Assembly (NCBI GenBank): GCA_012517825.1
Contig: JAAYUG010000115.1
Coordinates: 827-64,826, forward strand
DNA: 64,000 bases
From: Bacteroidales bacterium
GTDB lineage: Bacteria; Bacteroidota; Bacteroidia; Bacteroidales; JAAYUG01
Reading direction: 5' to 3'
Positions 24,853 through 34,868 of this stretch are shown piece after piece (within the stretch, counting starts at the first letter, position 1; each line of letters begins with the position of its first letter). A model generated the notes under the pieces. It searched no databases. It had not been told where the DNA came from and saw nothing but the letters and a program-made list of their open reading frames with translations. The translations under genes and the position numbers were made by a program.

Positions 24853-26808
24853 TCATTTTCCGAGGATTCTGAATTCGGTACGTCGGTTAAGGGCTCTTCC
24901 CTCTTCGGTGTCGTTTCCTGCCACCGGCTGTTTTTCTCCATATCCTCTGGCAACAATGCGGGAAGGATCCATTCCGTTCTTAATCAGATAATCGGCAACC
25001 ACCTTTGCCCGGTTAAGGGAAAGTTTAAGGTTGTATTCCGGAGAACCGGTATTATCGGTATGGCCACTCACCTCGATCCGCACCTCAGGATTTTCACGCA
25101 TAAAGGAAAGGAGTTTGTTGAGTTCGGCGAAGGATTCCGGCTGAAGTTCCGCCGAATTCCATGCGAAGAATATGTTTTTCAGAACCGCTTTTTCACCCGG
25201 TTTGACAGGATGCAGGGCTATTCTCATCAGGAAAGGTTTTGCTTCGGTGAACGTATCGGCCAGGGCAAAATGATCGGAATAAAAAAGGTAGCCCTGTTTT
25301 GAAACATTCAGCATATAGTTAAAGCCAGGAGGCAAGGCGACAAGGAAAGTTCCCGTAACCGGATCTGATTTTGCCGTAACCAAAGAAAGCGAAGTTTTCA
25401 GGTTGATCAGCTCAAAGCTGGCCTCCAGTGGTGCACCGGTTACTGCATCCGTAACCACCCCTTTTATGTAAGAGACCGGGACAGGCCGTGCCTGAGGATA
25501 CAGGTCAAAGTAATAAATATCCTGTCCCCGGGCCGTTTCGCGGTTGGTGGCGAAATAGGCTCTGTTACCTGAAGCATTGACGATCAGTCCAATTTCGTCG
25601 CGGCAGGTATTGATGGGATATCCGAGATTCACCGGTGCAGACCAGGTACTATCCTTTCTGCGGCGTGTCATATAAATATCAAATCCTCCCATACCAATAT
25701 GTCCGTTGGAAGAGAAATACAAAGTAGTATTGTCGGCATGAATAAAAGGCGATTGTTCATCCTTCGGGGTATTGATGCTGTCGCCCATGTTCACGGGATT
25801 TTGCCAGGAACCATCTTCATTTTTTGTACTGAACCAGATGTCGAGCCCGCCTTTACTGCCCGGCCGGTTGGATGCAAAGAACAGGGTTTTCCCGTCGGGC
25901 GAAATGGATGGTTGTTTTTCACTGGCTGAGGTGTTAACGGGACTTCCGAGATTTTCCGGCTCGGTCCATTTTTCACCCTGATGGTAGGATACATAAATAT
26001 CGCACTGGCCTTTTCCATCGGGCCTGTTGCAAGCTGTAAAATACATGGTGCGGCCATCAGGGGTAAGCGTCTGGGCACCTTCATTATCAAGGGTATTCAG
26101 GGGAGGCCCCATATCAACACCCTTGCTCCAGAAACCGTTTCTGAAGTAGCTCACATAAAAATCCTCCTGCCTGCTTCGCTGTTTTCCCTGTATTCTCATA
26201 TTCACCGGAAGCAGAACCGTATAAACAAGAATCTGCTCATCAACGGAAAGGCTTGGCCAGTATTCATCGTATGCCGTATTAATACTGTCACCCAGGTTGA
26301 CCGGCACAAACGGTACCGGATTTTCCACGGCCTGCAGGGCAAAATCGCAGGAACGCAGATAAAACTTCGCCTGCTGAACCAGCGATTCATTCTGTCCTTT
26401 GTACTGAAGAAAACGGAGAAAAGCACTTTTCGCCTCCTGGTATCCGCCTTCAGAAAAATGCGCCTTGCCCAGATTGTACCAGGCGGCCGGAAACAGATCG
26501 GGTTTTTCTTCCAGAATGTGTTTCAGGGTACTGATGATACCCTGATTATTGTTCATCTCGGCATAAATATCAGCCATCAGAAACCAGGCTTCGGCAAACG
26601 ACCTGTCAATATCAACCGCCTGCTTAATATAATCGAGAGCAACGGAATAGTTTCGTGACTGATACTCCTGAAGAGCTATATTGAAAGCATGAACGGCTTT
26701 TTTTGACGTTGTAGTGTACTGGTTCTGAGAGAATGCTGAAGATACTGACAGGCAGATGATGACTGCAAGGAATGTGGTTATACGGAAACATCTGAAAAAA
26801 TACTGCAT
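24853..26808 (-). CDS. OmpA-family protein with TPR, PD40/TolB-like repeats and a carboxypeptidase-regulatory-like domain
   Basis: The C-terminal OmpA_C motif is GHTDNTGSPEYNLKLSLNRA...GEKQPVA.NDTEEGRALNRRTEF. Repeated SPDG...F.S.R propeller motifs are present. The start is at MQYFF (26808), just inside the queE stop. Confidence 0.85.
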   Translation of the reverse strand: MQYFFRCFRITTFLAVIICLSVSSAFSQNQYTTTSKKAVHAFNIALQEYQSRNYSVALDYIKQAVDIDRSFAEAWFLMADIYAEMNNNQGIISTLKHILEEKPDLFPAAWYNLGKAHFSEGGYQEAKSAFLRFLQYKGQNESLVQQAKFYLRSCDFALQAVENPVPFVPVNLGDSINTAYDEYWPSLSVDEQILVYTVLLPVNMRIQGKQRSRQEDFYVSYFRNGFWSKGVDMGPPLNTLDNEGAQTLTPDGRTMYFTACNRPDGKGQCDIYVSYHQGEKWTEPENLGSPVNTSASEKQPSISPDGKTLFFASNRPGSKGGLDIWFSTKNEDGSWQNPVNMGDSINTPKDEQSPFIHADNTTLYFSSNGHIGMGGFDIYMTRRRKDSTWSAPVNLGYPINTCRDEIGLIVNASGNRAYFATNRETARGQDIYYFDLYPQARPVPVSYIKGVVTDAVTGAPLEASFELINLKTSLSLVTAKSDPVTGTFLVALPPGFNYMLNVSKQGYLFYSDHFALADTFTEAKPFLMRIALHPVKPGEKAVLKNIFFAWNSAELQPESFAELNKLLSFMRENPEVRIEVSGHTDNTGSPEYNLKLSLNRAKVVADYLIKNGMDPSRIVARGYGEKQPVAGNDTEEGRALNRRTEFRILGK

Positions 26809-26821
26809 AGGAGCATTTCTA

Positions 26822-27481
26822 TCAGGGAATGTGCATAAACTTATGGGCCTGGAGGGAAATATTCCACTCAGGGTGAGATTTGGCATACGCAACAATTTCC
26901 GGTATATTTTTCTCATATCTACTCCATTCCGGCTGAAGATAAAGATAGCAGTTTTTTTTGACCCTGCGGGCATTTTTTTCGGCCCAGGCAAAATCGGCGG
27001 TATCCCTGATTATTACTTTCAGTTCGCTGGCTTTTTCATAGATTTCTTCCAGAGGAGGCATATTTTCCTTGGGAGAAAGGCAAATCCAGTCCCAATGCCC
27101 TGTTAAAGGATAGGCACCCGATGTTTCAAGGAACAGGGAGATACCTCTCGCCCTGAGTGCAGTTGTAAGAGGTTCCATGTTATACATAAGAGGCTCGCCT
27201 CCTGTTACTACAACTGCCCTGGCAGGACAGGCCACAGCCTTTTCCACAATATTTTCTATGGGAACCAGAGGATGCAGGGCCGGATTCCATGAAAATTTGG
27301 TGTCACACCATTCGCATCCCACATCACAACCGCCAATACGGATAAAATAGGCCGGCTTTCCTGTATGGAAACCTTCGCCCTGGATGGTATAGAATTCCTC
27401 TACCAAAGGAAGTTTCCATCCGTTCTCCGGCTGAAAAAGCGCATCATGTTTGCCCCTGATCATAAAAAAAAATTCAGGCAA
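26822..27481 (-). CDS. queE: 7-carboxy-7-deazaguanine synthase (radical SAM)
   Basis: EEFYTIQGEGFHTGKPAYFIRIGGCDVGCEWCDTKFSW shows the CX3CX2C cluster and the QueE N-terminal motif. Confidence 0.9.
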   Translation of the reverse strand: MPEFFFMIRGKHDALFQPENGWKLPLVEEFYTIQGEGFHTGKPAYFIRIGGCDVGCEWCDTKFSWNPALHPLVPIENIVEKAVACPARAVVVTGGEPLMYNMEPLTTALRARGISLFLETSGAYPLTGHWDWICLSPKENMPPLEEIYEKASELKVIIRDTADFAWAEKNARRVKKNCYLYLQPEWSRYEKNIPEIVAYAKSHPEWNISLQAHKFMHIP

Positions 27482-27500
27482 AAGTACAGTGTTTTATTGA

Positions 27501-27630
27501 ATCCAAATTCGTCAATTGAAAAACTCAATTAACGAATCGACGAACAAAATCTCATCAGATTTTATACGGCGGGATTACCTCGATAAGTCAATAGAAACAA
27601 TGTTTTTTGTGTTTCTATTGACTAATCTCC
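27501..27630. repeat. Intergenic structured repeat, family A, copy 2
   Basis: It aligns with 3061-3200 and has the same three hairpins. It lies ~20 nt from the queE start codon. Confidence 0.85.
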
Positions 27631-27811
27631 TCTAAAAGTAATTTTGCTATAGCCTGGTTGAATTTGTTAATTCATGGTACTTCGGTTGAACCAACCGATA
27701 CTTATTGCCTGAAGAATATTTTGCCCATTAACTGCTTAATGAAGCCTGCCAGGGGTTTTTGCCGGACAGTTTGAAAATACGGAATAATCAGAATTTCCAA
27801 ATTACTCTGCC

Positions 27812-28891
27812 TTATTTTTCCAGTTTTAACAGGTGCATCATTTTATGGAACACATCGGTGTTGTCATAGATTCCTGTAAAGAGGGATGCACCGGGCCCGA
27901 AAGCATAAACCGGCACCATGATTCCGGTATGATCATGAGCGGAAAAGCGGATGCTGACAGTATGATTTTTAAGATCTCCGGCAGGCAGGCTCACTCCGCC
28001 AGTTTCATGGTCTGCCAGTACAATAACTGTTGTGTTTTTGCTGTTAGCGGCAAACTTCAACCCCTCTCCCACTGCCTTATCGAAATCCAGCACTTCTTTC
28101 ACCAGCCATAAGGAATCATTTGAATGGCATGCCCAGTCAATCTGAGATCCTTCGACCATCAGAAAAAAACCTTTCTTATTGTTGGAAAGGATATTGAGTG
28201 CAAGCCGAACTGATTCAGCGAGGGCCTCCCCTCTTCCGTTCAAGGCGCCGGGCATATGGCCGGAAGCTCTGAACCAGGCCAGTTTCCCGGGAAGGGATGA
28301 TGGAATCTGCCAAACCGAATCAGGAACGGTATATCCTCTGGATGTGAGATCAGCTATCAGATTCCTTCCATCGGATCGAGTTTCGAAATATTTTCTTCCG
28401 CCTCCAATGAGAACATCAACATCGGTCTTGACGATATCAGCTGCGATGGCCTCATTGTTCTCCCTGCCTGTCTGGTGTGCAATAAAAGCTGCCGGGGTAG
28501 CGTGTGTAACTGCACAGGTAACTACCAGACCCGTTGAGAGGTCTGCATCTTCAGCAAACTCGAGAATGGTTTTAAGGGGATTCCCGGTAGAATCCACTGC
28601 CAGATATGAGTTCCTGGTTTTGTGTCCTGTTGAAAATGCTGTTGCTCCTGCGGCTGAATCGGTAATGTAATTATCCAGCGACTGGGTCTTCATCAGACCA
28701 ACATGTGAACACCGCTCTATATTCAGTGCGTCGGCCACAGAACCGCTTGCTGCGCAGAGCTGCGCCAGGCCCATTCCGTCACCAATGAATAGTATGACAT
28801 TTTGCCTTTCTTCCTCCCTTGCCGGTTTGTTACACGAAAACACGATCAGCCCTGCAAAGGCAAACACCAAAATCCGAAATAAAGTTTTCAT
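27812..28891 (-). CDS. Alkaline phosphatase (PhoA family), exported lipoprotein
   Basis: ILFIGDGMG, TDSAAGATAFSTGHKT (active-site Ser), EGSQIDWACH and ADHETGG. Confidence 0.9.
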   Translation of the reverse strand: MKTLFRILVFAFAGLIVFSCNKPAREEERQNVILFIGDGMGLAQLCAASGSVADALNIERCSHVGLMKTQSLDNYITDSAAGATAFSTGHKTRNSYLAVDSTGNPLKTILEFAEDADLSTGLVVTCAVTHATPAAFIAHQTGRENNEAIAADIVKTDVDVLIGGGRKYFETRSDGRNLIADLTSRGYTVPDSVWQIPSSLPGKLAWFRASGHMPGALNGRGEALAESVRLALNILSNNKKGFFLMVEGSQIDWACHSNDSLWLVKEVLDFDKAVGEGLKFAANSKNTTVIVLADHETGGVSLPAGDLKNHTVSIRFSAHDHTGIMVPVYAFGPGASLFTGIYDNTDVFHKMMHLLKLEK

Positions 28892-28942
28892 AGAATGAAA
28901 TTTTTGAATTATTTATTTGCATTACTGTAATGAACGTTTTCA

Positions 28943-29185
28943 TCAGCTACGGGGACGTTTCAGAATGTACCTGACAATCCACCAGATAATCCGAGCAATC
29001 CACACAAGGGCATACAGAAAACCTGTGACGGCCAGTACCCATAACTGTGCGGTAAAGAGCTCCTTCCATGGTGTATGGAATCTGAGAATTCCCCATACAT
29101 TAAAAAGATTTGCCAGTGCATAACAAATCAATACTATCCGCAGTTCGTTAATTTTCTGACGGGCCGTAATCACTGTATCTTTCAT
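28943..29185 (-). CDS. Small hypothetical membrane protein (2 predicted TM helices)
   Basis: 80-aa ORF with two hydrophobic stretches and a basic C-terminus. I recognised no family. Confidence 0.4.
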   Translation of the reverse strand: MKDTVITARQKINELRIVLICYALANLFNVWGILRFHTPWKELFTAQLWVLAVTGFLYALVWIARIIWWIVRYILKRPRS

Positions 29186-29228
29186 GGCAATGTTAATCAG
29201 TTAGTATTAAATGCATCTTATCTTACTT

Positions 29229-30530
29229 TTAAATTTCTGCAGTCTTTTTTATGGCTTCCACTTCCAGTTCGGAAGGCCAGTAAATAGTTTTTCCGGTGAG
29301 GGTAGCCTCATCACCCAGGAGGGTTGCCACTCCGGCCAGGTAGCCCTGTTCGGCCAGACCGGGGACGATTTTATTTTGTCTTACCGCTTCGGCAAAAGCA
29401 ACAAGCTGCATATCAGAGCCGTCACTATAAAGAATTTTATTGATAAAATAAGTTCCTTTGTCTTCTGATGGATTTTCAGGTACCCAACTGGGACCTCCAA
29501 CCGGAACCACCTCAAATAAATCTTTTTCGATTGAGTTGATGAGTTGAACGATTCCCGGGGCTGGGGGCGGGTTCTCAAGGAAATATTTCCCGGCTTCCAT
29601 CTCTACGGTTCCCAGGGGTCCCATAACCTGCACCTCGAGACCATATTTTTTGTTACTGATCACAGAATCGTATATAAACTGCACGCCACCGGGATAGGTA
29701 TATATAACAGCAACATTATCAAACACTTCTCTGCCATCCTTCCAGTAATTTATACTGCCTGTTCCGGTAACCGAAACGGGATGTGCATCCAGCACCCAAT
29801 TGGCTACCTGAAGGTGATGGCTGGCCAGCTCTGTCATGAGCCCGCAGGAGTATTCCCTGTATAGCCGCCAGTTTGTCCTTCGTTCAGTGGATGGAGGAAT
29901 TACCTCTCTCCTCCAGTCATTATTCCTGTGCCACCATGCCCTGATCTGGGTAACCGGCCCGATGTGTCCGTCCCTGATCCATTGAACACCCCTGACAAAC
30001 CGGATATCGAAAACCCGCTGATGTCCTATCTGAAGGATTTTGCCTGTCTGGTAATGCACTTTGAGCATGGAAGCACATTCATCCGTTGTCTTTGCCATGC
30101 TTTTTTCAGAAAAAACATGCTTTCCGGCCTTCATGGCATCAATTGCAATCGCGGCATGAAGATGCAAGGGAACAGCAATGATAACCCCTTCAACATCCTT
30201 TCGCTCCAGCAACCTTCTGTAATCTGAGTAGGGCGATGCTTTGCCTCCGGTAAGGGCAACCGCCTGATCAAGGTGGGGTTTAAAGTCGTCACATACCGCC
30301 ACAATTGCGGTATCGGGAACGTTCTGAAGCATTTGCATAAGATACTGGCCCCGTGAACCGGTGCCGATAACACCCAGTCGGACAACCGGTTGCGAAGGGG
30401 ATTTATTAACAGAAGATGCATATAGCTTCGCCATTGAAGGAAATGTTGACAGCAATGCTGTTCCGCCTGCCATCAGCGAAAATGTCTTCAGAAATTCCCT
30501 TCGTCCGGATTCTGGTAAATCTCTGCTCAT
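29229..30530 (-). CDS. Tat-exported Gfo/Idh/MocA-family oxidoreductase
   Basis: Twin-arginine signal SGRREFLKTFSLMAGGTALL. Rossmann motif LGVIGTGSRGQ, followed by the EKSMA motif. Confidence 0.85.
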   Translation of the reverse strand: MSRDLPESGRREFLKTFSLMAGGTALLSTFPSMAKLYASSVNKSPSQPVVRLGVIGTGSRGQYLMQMLQNVPDTAIVAVCDDFKPHLDQAVALTGGKASPYSDYRRLLERKDVEGVIIAVPLHLHAAIAIDAMKAGKHVFSEKSMAKTTDECASMLKVHYQTGKILQIGHQRVFDIRFVRGVQWIRDGHIGPVTQIRAWWHRNNDWRREVIPPSTERRTNWRLYREYSCGLMTELASHHLQVANWVLDAHPVSVTGTGSINYWKDGREVFDNVAVIYTYPGGVQFIYDSVISNKKYGLEVQVMGPLGTVEMEAGKYFLENPPPAPGIVQLINSIEKDLFEVVPVGGPSWVPENPSEDKGTYFINKILYSDGSDMQLVAFAEAVRQNKIVPGLAEQGYLAGVATLLGDEATLTGKTIYWPSELEVEAIKKTAEI

Positions 30531-31441
30531 TGATCTGAATTTTTAAAAGAATATTTGGTAATCTTTCCTGCCTTATCCGGCATAAGCCGATACACCAGAG
30601 AACAATCAAAAGCCTTCATGATGGATTGATAGTCATCAGGATCAGCAAGAAACAGAGCTGTGGACAATGCTTCTGCTTCCAGACCTGATTTTGCCACCAC
30701 AGCAACCACACCGGTGGTATTTACTGCCTTTCCTGTCCGGGGGTCGATAATATGGACCTTCTGCTCAGGGGGTGATTCCGCAAATTTCGGAACATTACCT
30801 GATACTGAAACAAATGCATCTGAAAGAGATATTTCGCATTCTGCATCATTTCCCGGCACATTCAGACGAATCTTCCAGGCATTTCCTGAAGGATGAAGCC
30901 CCATACCCAGCAAGGAACTTTCGCCGAAGCTTAAAAAAGCATTTGCAATGCCTTCTTCCGACAGAATGCTCCGGATACGGTCCAGGGCATAACCTTTTCC
31001 GAAAGCCCCCGTGTCAATCTGAACATCGGGCGAAAGAAAGCGGATGGTATTCTTTTCTTCGTTCAAAATGACGGAGGTTATTGCTGATACCTGCTGACGC
31101 CCAGAAGCATAATCATCAGGATAGGCATATTCCTTCAGCCTTTGTTTGGTTCTGAGCATTGATATATCGAATAGTCCGCTGGTAAATTGAACATACCGGA
31201 TGCACCGGTGCAGCAGATGAATCAGTTCGCTTCCTGTTTCCACTTCATGATGATAAGCAAAACGGTTCACTCTGGCAATGATGCTATCGCTGAGGTATGG
31301 ATTAAGCAGATTTTCCAGCCGGTTAAGTTCACTCCGTATTTTTAAGGCCACATTATCTCCCTGTTTTCCGGCAATTCCCGGAATGACAAGATCGAGACGG
31401 GATGCCATAGCCCCGATGGTAGTATGAAAGACTGCTGCCAA
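30527..31441 (-). CDS. apbE: ApbE-family FAD:protein FMN transferase, no signal peptide
   Basis: GAFGKGYALD, HIIDPRTG and AEALSTALF. The ORF opens only two codons after an in-frame TAA, with a TTG start at 31441. That leaves no room for a signal peptide or lipobox. Its stop overlaps the downstream Gfo start (ATGA). Confidence 0.8.
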   Translation of the reverse strand: MAAVFHTTIGAMASRLDLVIPGIAGKQGDNVALKIRSELNRLENLLNPYLSDSIIARVNRFAYHHEVETGSELIHLLHRCIRYVQFTSGLFDISMLRTKQRLKEYAYPDDYASGRQQVSAITSVILNEEKNTIRFLSPDVQIDTGAFGKGYALDRIRSILSEEGIANAFLSFGESSLLGMGLHPSGNAWKIRLNVPGNDAECEISLSDAFVSVSGNVPKFAESPPEQKVHIIDPRTGKAVNTTGVVAVVAKSGLEAEALSTALFLADPDDYQSIMKAFDCSLVYRLMPDKAGKITKYSFKNSDQ

Positions 31442-31560
31442 GCCTTACTTTTTCTATGGAAAAGACAAAGATATTGTTTCGCACCAAAAACCATTAAGCA
31501 CACGGAATTTTTTGATTTTTTTTGGGAGTTTTGGGCAGTTACAGTATTTTAGTGAAAATT

Positions 31561-32616
31561 ATGGATACTATGGAAGAAACGATTAAGGTTGGACTGGCCT
31601 CCTATGGCATGTCGGGTGAAGTATTTCATGCTCCGCTGCTGCATGTGCATGAAGGGTTTGAACTAAGGGCAGTTTGCGAAAGAAGCCGTAAGAAAGCAGC
31701 AGAGAAATATCCGTATATTCATTCCTATTCTACCTATGAAGACCTTCTCAACGACAGGGAAATCGAACTGGTTGTTGTCAACACGCCTGATTACCTGCAT
31801 TTCGAAATGGCAAAAGCTGCCCTGGAGGCCGGCAAGCATGTGGTTGTAGAAAAGCCATTTACGATAACTTCGGGAGAAGCCGATAAATTGATCAGAATTT
31901 CAAGAGAGAGAGGGAAACTCCTCAGTGTATTTCATAACCGCCGCTGGGACAACGGGTCTCTGACCGTGCGGCAGGTTCTTGCTGAAAAGCTCCTGGGCAG
32001 GCTGGTTCTTTTTGAATCCCATTTTGACCGGTTCAGAAATTATCTGCAGGACTCGTGGAAAGAAAAAGCTGGCATTGGTACCGGCACAGTCTATAATCTG
32101 GGATCACACCTGATCTATGAAGCGCTTGATTTTTTCGGGGAACCAAAGACTGTATTTGCTGATATCAGGGCAGAGAGGACCGGAAGTTGCGTTGATGACA
32201 CGTTCGACATTTTTCTGGGGTATCCTGAGCTTAAGGTACTGCTTCGCAGCAGTTATCTGGTAAAGGAACCCGGACCACGGTACATACTGCATGGAACAGA
32301 AGGTTCCTATCTGAAGTGGGGCCAGGATCCGCAGGAAGAGGCCATGAAAGCGGGAAAATGGCCCGGCACTCCCGGTTGGGGTACTGAACCGCCTGAATTT
32401 TGGGGAACTCTAAATACCACCATTAACGGAACGCATTTCCGGGGCAAAATTGAAACCCTTCCAGGCAATTATCTTGCCTTTTACGATAACATTTTCAATG
32501 CCATTAGAAAGGGAGAAGAACTGATCATAACTCCGGAAAAGGCAGCAAAAGTAATCCGGATTATTGAAATGGCGTATCAGAGCAACAAGGAGCAAAAAGT
32601 AATAGCTTATTCATGA
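31561..32616 (+). CDS. Gfo/Idh/MocA-family oxidoreductase (cytoplasmic)
   Basis: IKVGLASYGMSGEVFHAP, VVEKPF and a typical C-terminal alpha/beta domain. I chose the ATG at 31561 over the TTG at 31522. Confidence 0.85.
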   Translation: MDTMEETIKVGLASYGMSGEVFHAPLLHVHEGFELRAVCERSRKKAAEKYPYIHSYSTYEDLLNDREIELVVVNTPDYLHFEMAKAALEAGKHVVVEKPFTITSGEADKLIRISRERGKLLSVFHNRRWDNGSLTVRQVLAEKLLGRLVLFESHFDRFRNYLQDSWKEKAGIGTGTVYNLGSHLIYEALDFFGEPKTVFADIRAERTGSCVDDTFDIFLGYPELKVLLRSSYLVKEPGPRYILHGTEGSYLKWGQDPQEEAMKAGKWPGTPGWGTEPPEFWGTLNTTINGTHFRGKIETLPGNYLAFYDNIFNAIRKGEELIITPEKAAKVIRIIEMAYQSNKEQKVIAYS

Positions 32617-32656
32617 ACAAAGTCTTGTGGTAAATGTTTATCAGAAAAACCAGACT

Positions 32657-33517
32657 ATGAACCGGAGGAAATTCATCCGCAATTCAGCGTTGTCAGCAGG
32701 TGTTATTTCTCTTCCGTCATTTACTGCCTCCACCCTTCCGTCCCTGTTTGGGAAAAAAGCTTCTGATGAGATAATTTTAGGAAATACAGGCCTTAAAGTT
32801 ACCCGCATGGCAATGGGAACAGGCACATCGGGCTGGAACAAGCAGTCAAATCAAACCCGTACGCTTGGTATTCAGGGACTGGCCTCTCTGCTTCACTATG
32901 CCTATGATCAGGGCATTCGTTTCTGGGATTCTGCTGATCAATACGGAACCCATCCCCATCTCAGAGAAGCTTTAAAATACGTGCCGCGCGAAAAGATTGT
33001 CATCCTCACAAAAACCCATGCTTCAACGCGGGAGGAAATGAAGGCTGATCTTGACAGATTTCGTTCCGAAATCGGCACAGATTATATTGACATCGTTCTT
33101 CTTCACTGCATGCTTGATGGAAACTGGCCGGAAAAGAAAAAAGGTGCAATGGAATATCTTTCAGAAGCAAGGGAAAAAGGAATCATTAAGGCCCACGGTG
33201 TATCCTGTCATACCCTGAAGGCTCTGAAGGCCGCTGCCGAAAGCGACTGGGTTCAGGTTGACCTGGCCAGAATCAATCCCACCGGAGACAATATGGATGC
33301 TGATGTTCCAACCGTAATTCCTCTTCTCAAAAAGATGAAATCAGACGGCAAAGGAATCATCGGAATGAAGATTTTTGGCGGAGGTACCCTCACAAACCGC
33401 GTGGATGAATGCCTTCGGTTTATCCTGAATCAGAACTATGTTGACAGCTTTACTATTGGAATTGAAAGCAAGGAACAGCTGCAGGAGATTCTGAGAAAAA
33501 TACCGGAACTCAGCTGA
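32657..33517 (+). CDS. Tat-signal aldo/keto-reductase-like TIM-barrel protein
   Basis: MNRRKFIRNSALSAGVISL is a twin-arginine signal. LGNTGLKVTRMAMGTG, FWDSADQYG and DIVLLH are AKR-like motifs. Confidence 0.75.
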   Translation: MNRRKFIRNSALSAGVISLPSFTASTLPSLFGKKASDEIILGNTGLKVTRMAMGTGTSGWNKQSNQTRTLGIQGLASLLHYAYDQGIRFWDSADQYGTHPHLREALKYVPREKIVILTKTHASTREEMKADLDRFRSEIGTDYIDIVLLHCMLDGNWPEKKKGAMEYLSEAREKGIIKAHGVSCHTLKALKAAAESDWVQVDLARINPTGDNMDADVPTVIPLLKKMKSDGKGIIGMKIFGGGTLTNRVDECLRFILNQNYVDSFTIGIESKEQLQEILRKIPELS

Positions 33518-33683
33518 ATTCTGCGTGAGCCTCCGGTATATTTCAGCAACCTTCCTGTAAAAAATCTTTTTATCCCGGAGTATGCATCAAAACTACAAAC
33601 CCCAGTATGCCGGCCTTATGTGCAGGCATTCGGATTGATCCGGCTGAAACAATGTGAAAGCGGCCATTTGGGCACATGCAGGT

Positions 33684-34769
33684 TTATTTGCCCGGTTGTT
33701 CCCGGGAAAAACCTGAAAACAGCTTGTCGGCTTTTTCCCGAGAAAGCCATTTTCCGGAACAAATGACGATCATATGGTTAAAAACCATTTCCTGGCCCGG
33801 TTTCAGAGTAAAAATCTGTTTTTCTTCCTTTGGATTAAACACCTGCTGTCCGAGGTTATTGACTGCGAAAAGACCATAGCCTCTGGCATGAAAGTGCGCC
33901 GGATACCCCGGATTGGAAGGATGGTCAAACAAGGTGACGGAGACTTTTCTGCCCTGGTTTTCCCCGCACAAGGTAACCCAATTATTGCGTGTGCCCCATA
34001 CTGCATCACCTTCTTTCCCTGAACTGCCGATATAATTTCCCGTAACTCCCGAATTGTCGGCTACAGGAACAGAAGTAATCTTTCCATGCGAATCAGTCAG
34101 CACAACAGGTTCAGTGGAAGGCATTTCCAGAAAACGGGCTACTCTTAAACCCAGCATTCCTTCTTTGTTGTCAGTAAATACCACCGTTTCATTCAGTGCA
34201 CGCAAACGGGTATTGCGTTTAATGATGCGCACTGAATCGCCGGCATCGAATACATACCGGGTTGATTCGTACAGAAGGTCCTTGCCTGTTTCTGTGCGCC
34301 ACACTGCACTGTATGAAAGTGAGGAAGGTTTTCCGTTGCCTGAGGAAACAGCTGGTATTCCCTGAACTACAATTCGCCCGTACTTCGGTTTTTCTTTCGG
34401 TGGTATGGCGTACGAATTATTCCAGAAATCAAATCCATTGACATCTCCATAGTTAAACCAAACCCCTACATGGTGCGGATGATCGGTTCGTTCGCCGGCC
34501 ACCTTTTCAAGCGGAAACGCCCGTGTTATTCTTTGCCCCGACGCATCCAGCACCGGATAAAGAAACGGTTTCTCGAGCGTGTCAGAGTACCAGAAAGCAG
34601 AAAAAAGGTTTTGTCCGCAATAAATTAAAATCTTTGCCTGTGTGGTATCATTGACAAAAGAATACCCCCGATCCTTTAACTTTCCTCCAGAGTTCTGGCA
34701 TGCTGTCATGACCGGAAAAACCATGGTTACGATTAACAAAACTGTTAAAAAGAATATATTGTTTTTCAT
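33684..34769 (-). CDS. PmoA-like (PF14100/DUF6807-type) exported protein
   Basis: Signal/lipobox VMTAC. The DHPHHVGVWFNYGDVNGFDFW motif is typical of this family, which commonly neighbours Gfo/Idh/MocA genes. The family name is from recollection. Confidence 0.6.
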   Translation of the reverse strand: MKNNIFFLTVLLIVTMVFPVMTACQNSGGKLKDRGYSFVNDTTQAKILIYCGQNLFSAFWYSDTLEKPFLYPVLDASGQRITRAFPLEKVAGERTDHPHHVGVWFNYGDVNGFDFWNNSYAIPPKEKPKYGRIVVQGIPAVSSGNGKPSSLSYSAVWRTETGKDLLYESTRYVFDAGDSVRIIKRNTRLRALNETVVFTDNKEGMLGLRVARFLEMPSTEPVVLTDSHGKITSVPVADNSGVTGNYIGSSGKEGDAVWGTRNNWVTLCGENQGRKVSVTLFDHPSNPGYPAHFHARGYGLFAVNNLGQQVFNPKEEKQIFTLKPGQEMVFNHMIVICSGKWLSREKADKLFSGFSREQPGK

Positions 34770-34868
34770 ATGGGTTAATGTTACACACCATCGTTAGGTG
34801 TATCATCTGATGGCTGAATGTTTGGCATTACAGTATAAATTGACAAGGTAAAATCACCGGAAATCAGA

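Noticed and set aside
25981-26658. 225-aa plus-strand ORF antisense to the OmpA/TPR/PD40 gene
   Set aside because: It lies inside a well-supported minus-strand gene. It is an antisense artefact.
27482-27630. Possible preQ1 riboswitch in the queE leader
   Set aside because: The same element occurs at 3061-3200 upstream of an unrelated secreted protein. It is far larger than preQ1 aptamers, and I could not see their conserved core. I treat it as repeat family A instead.
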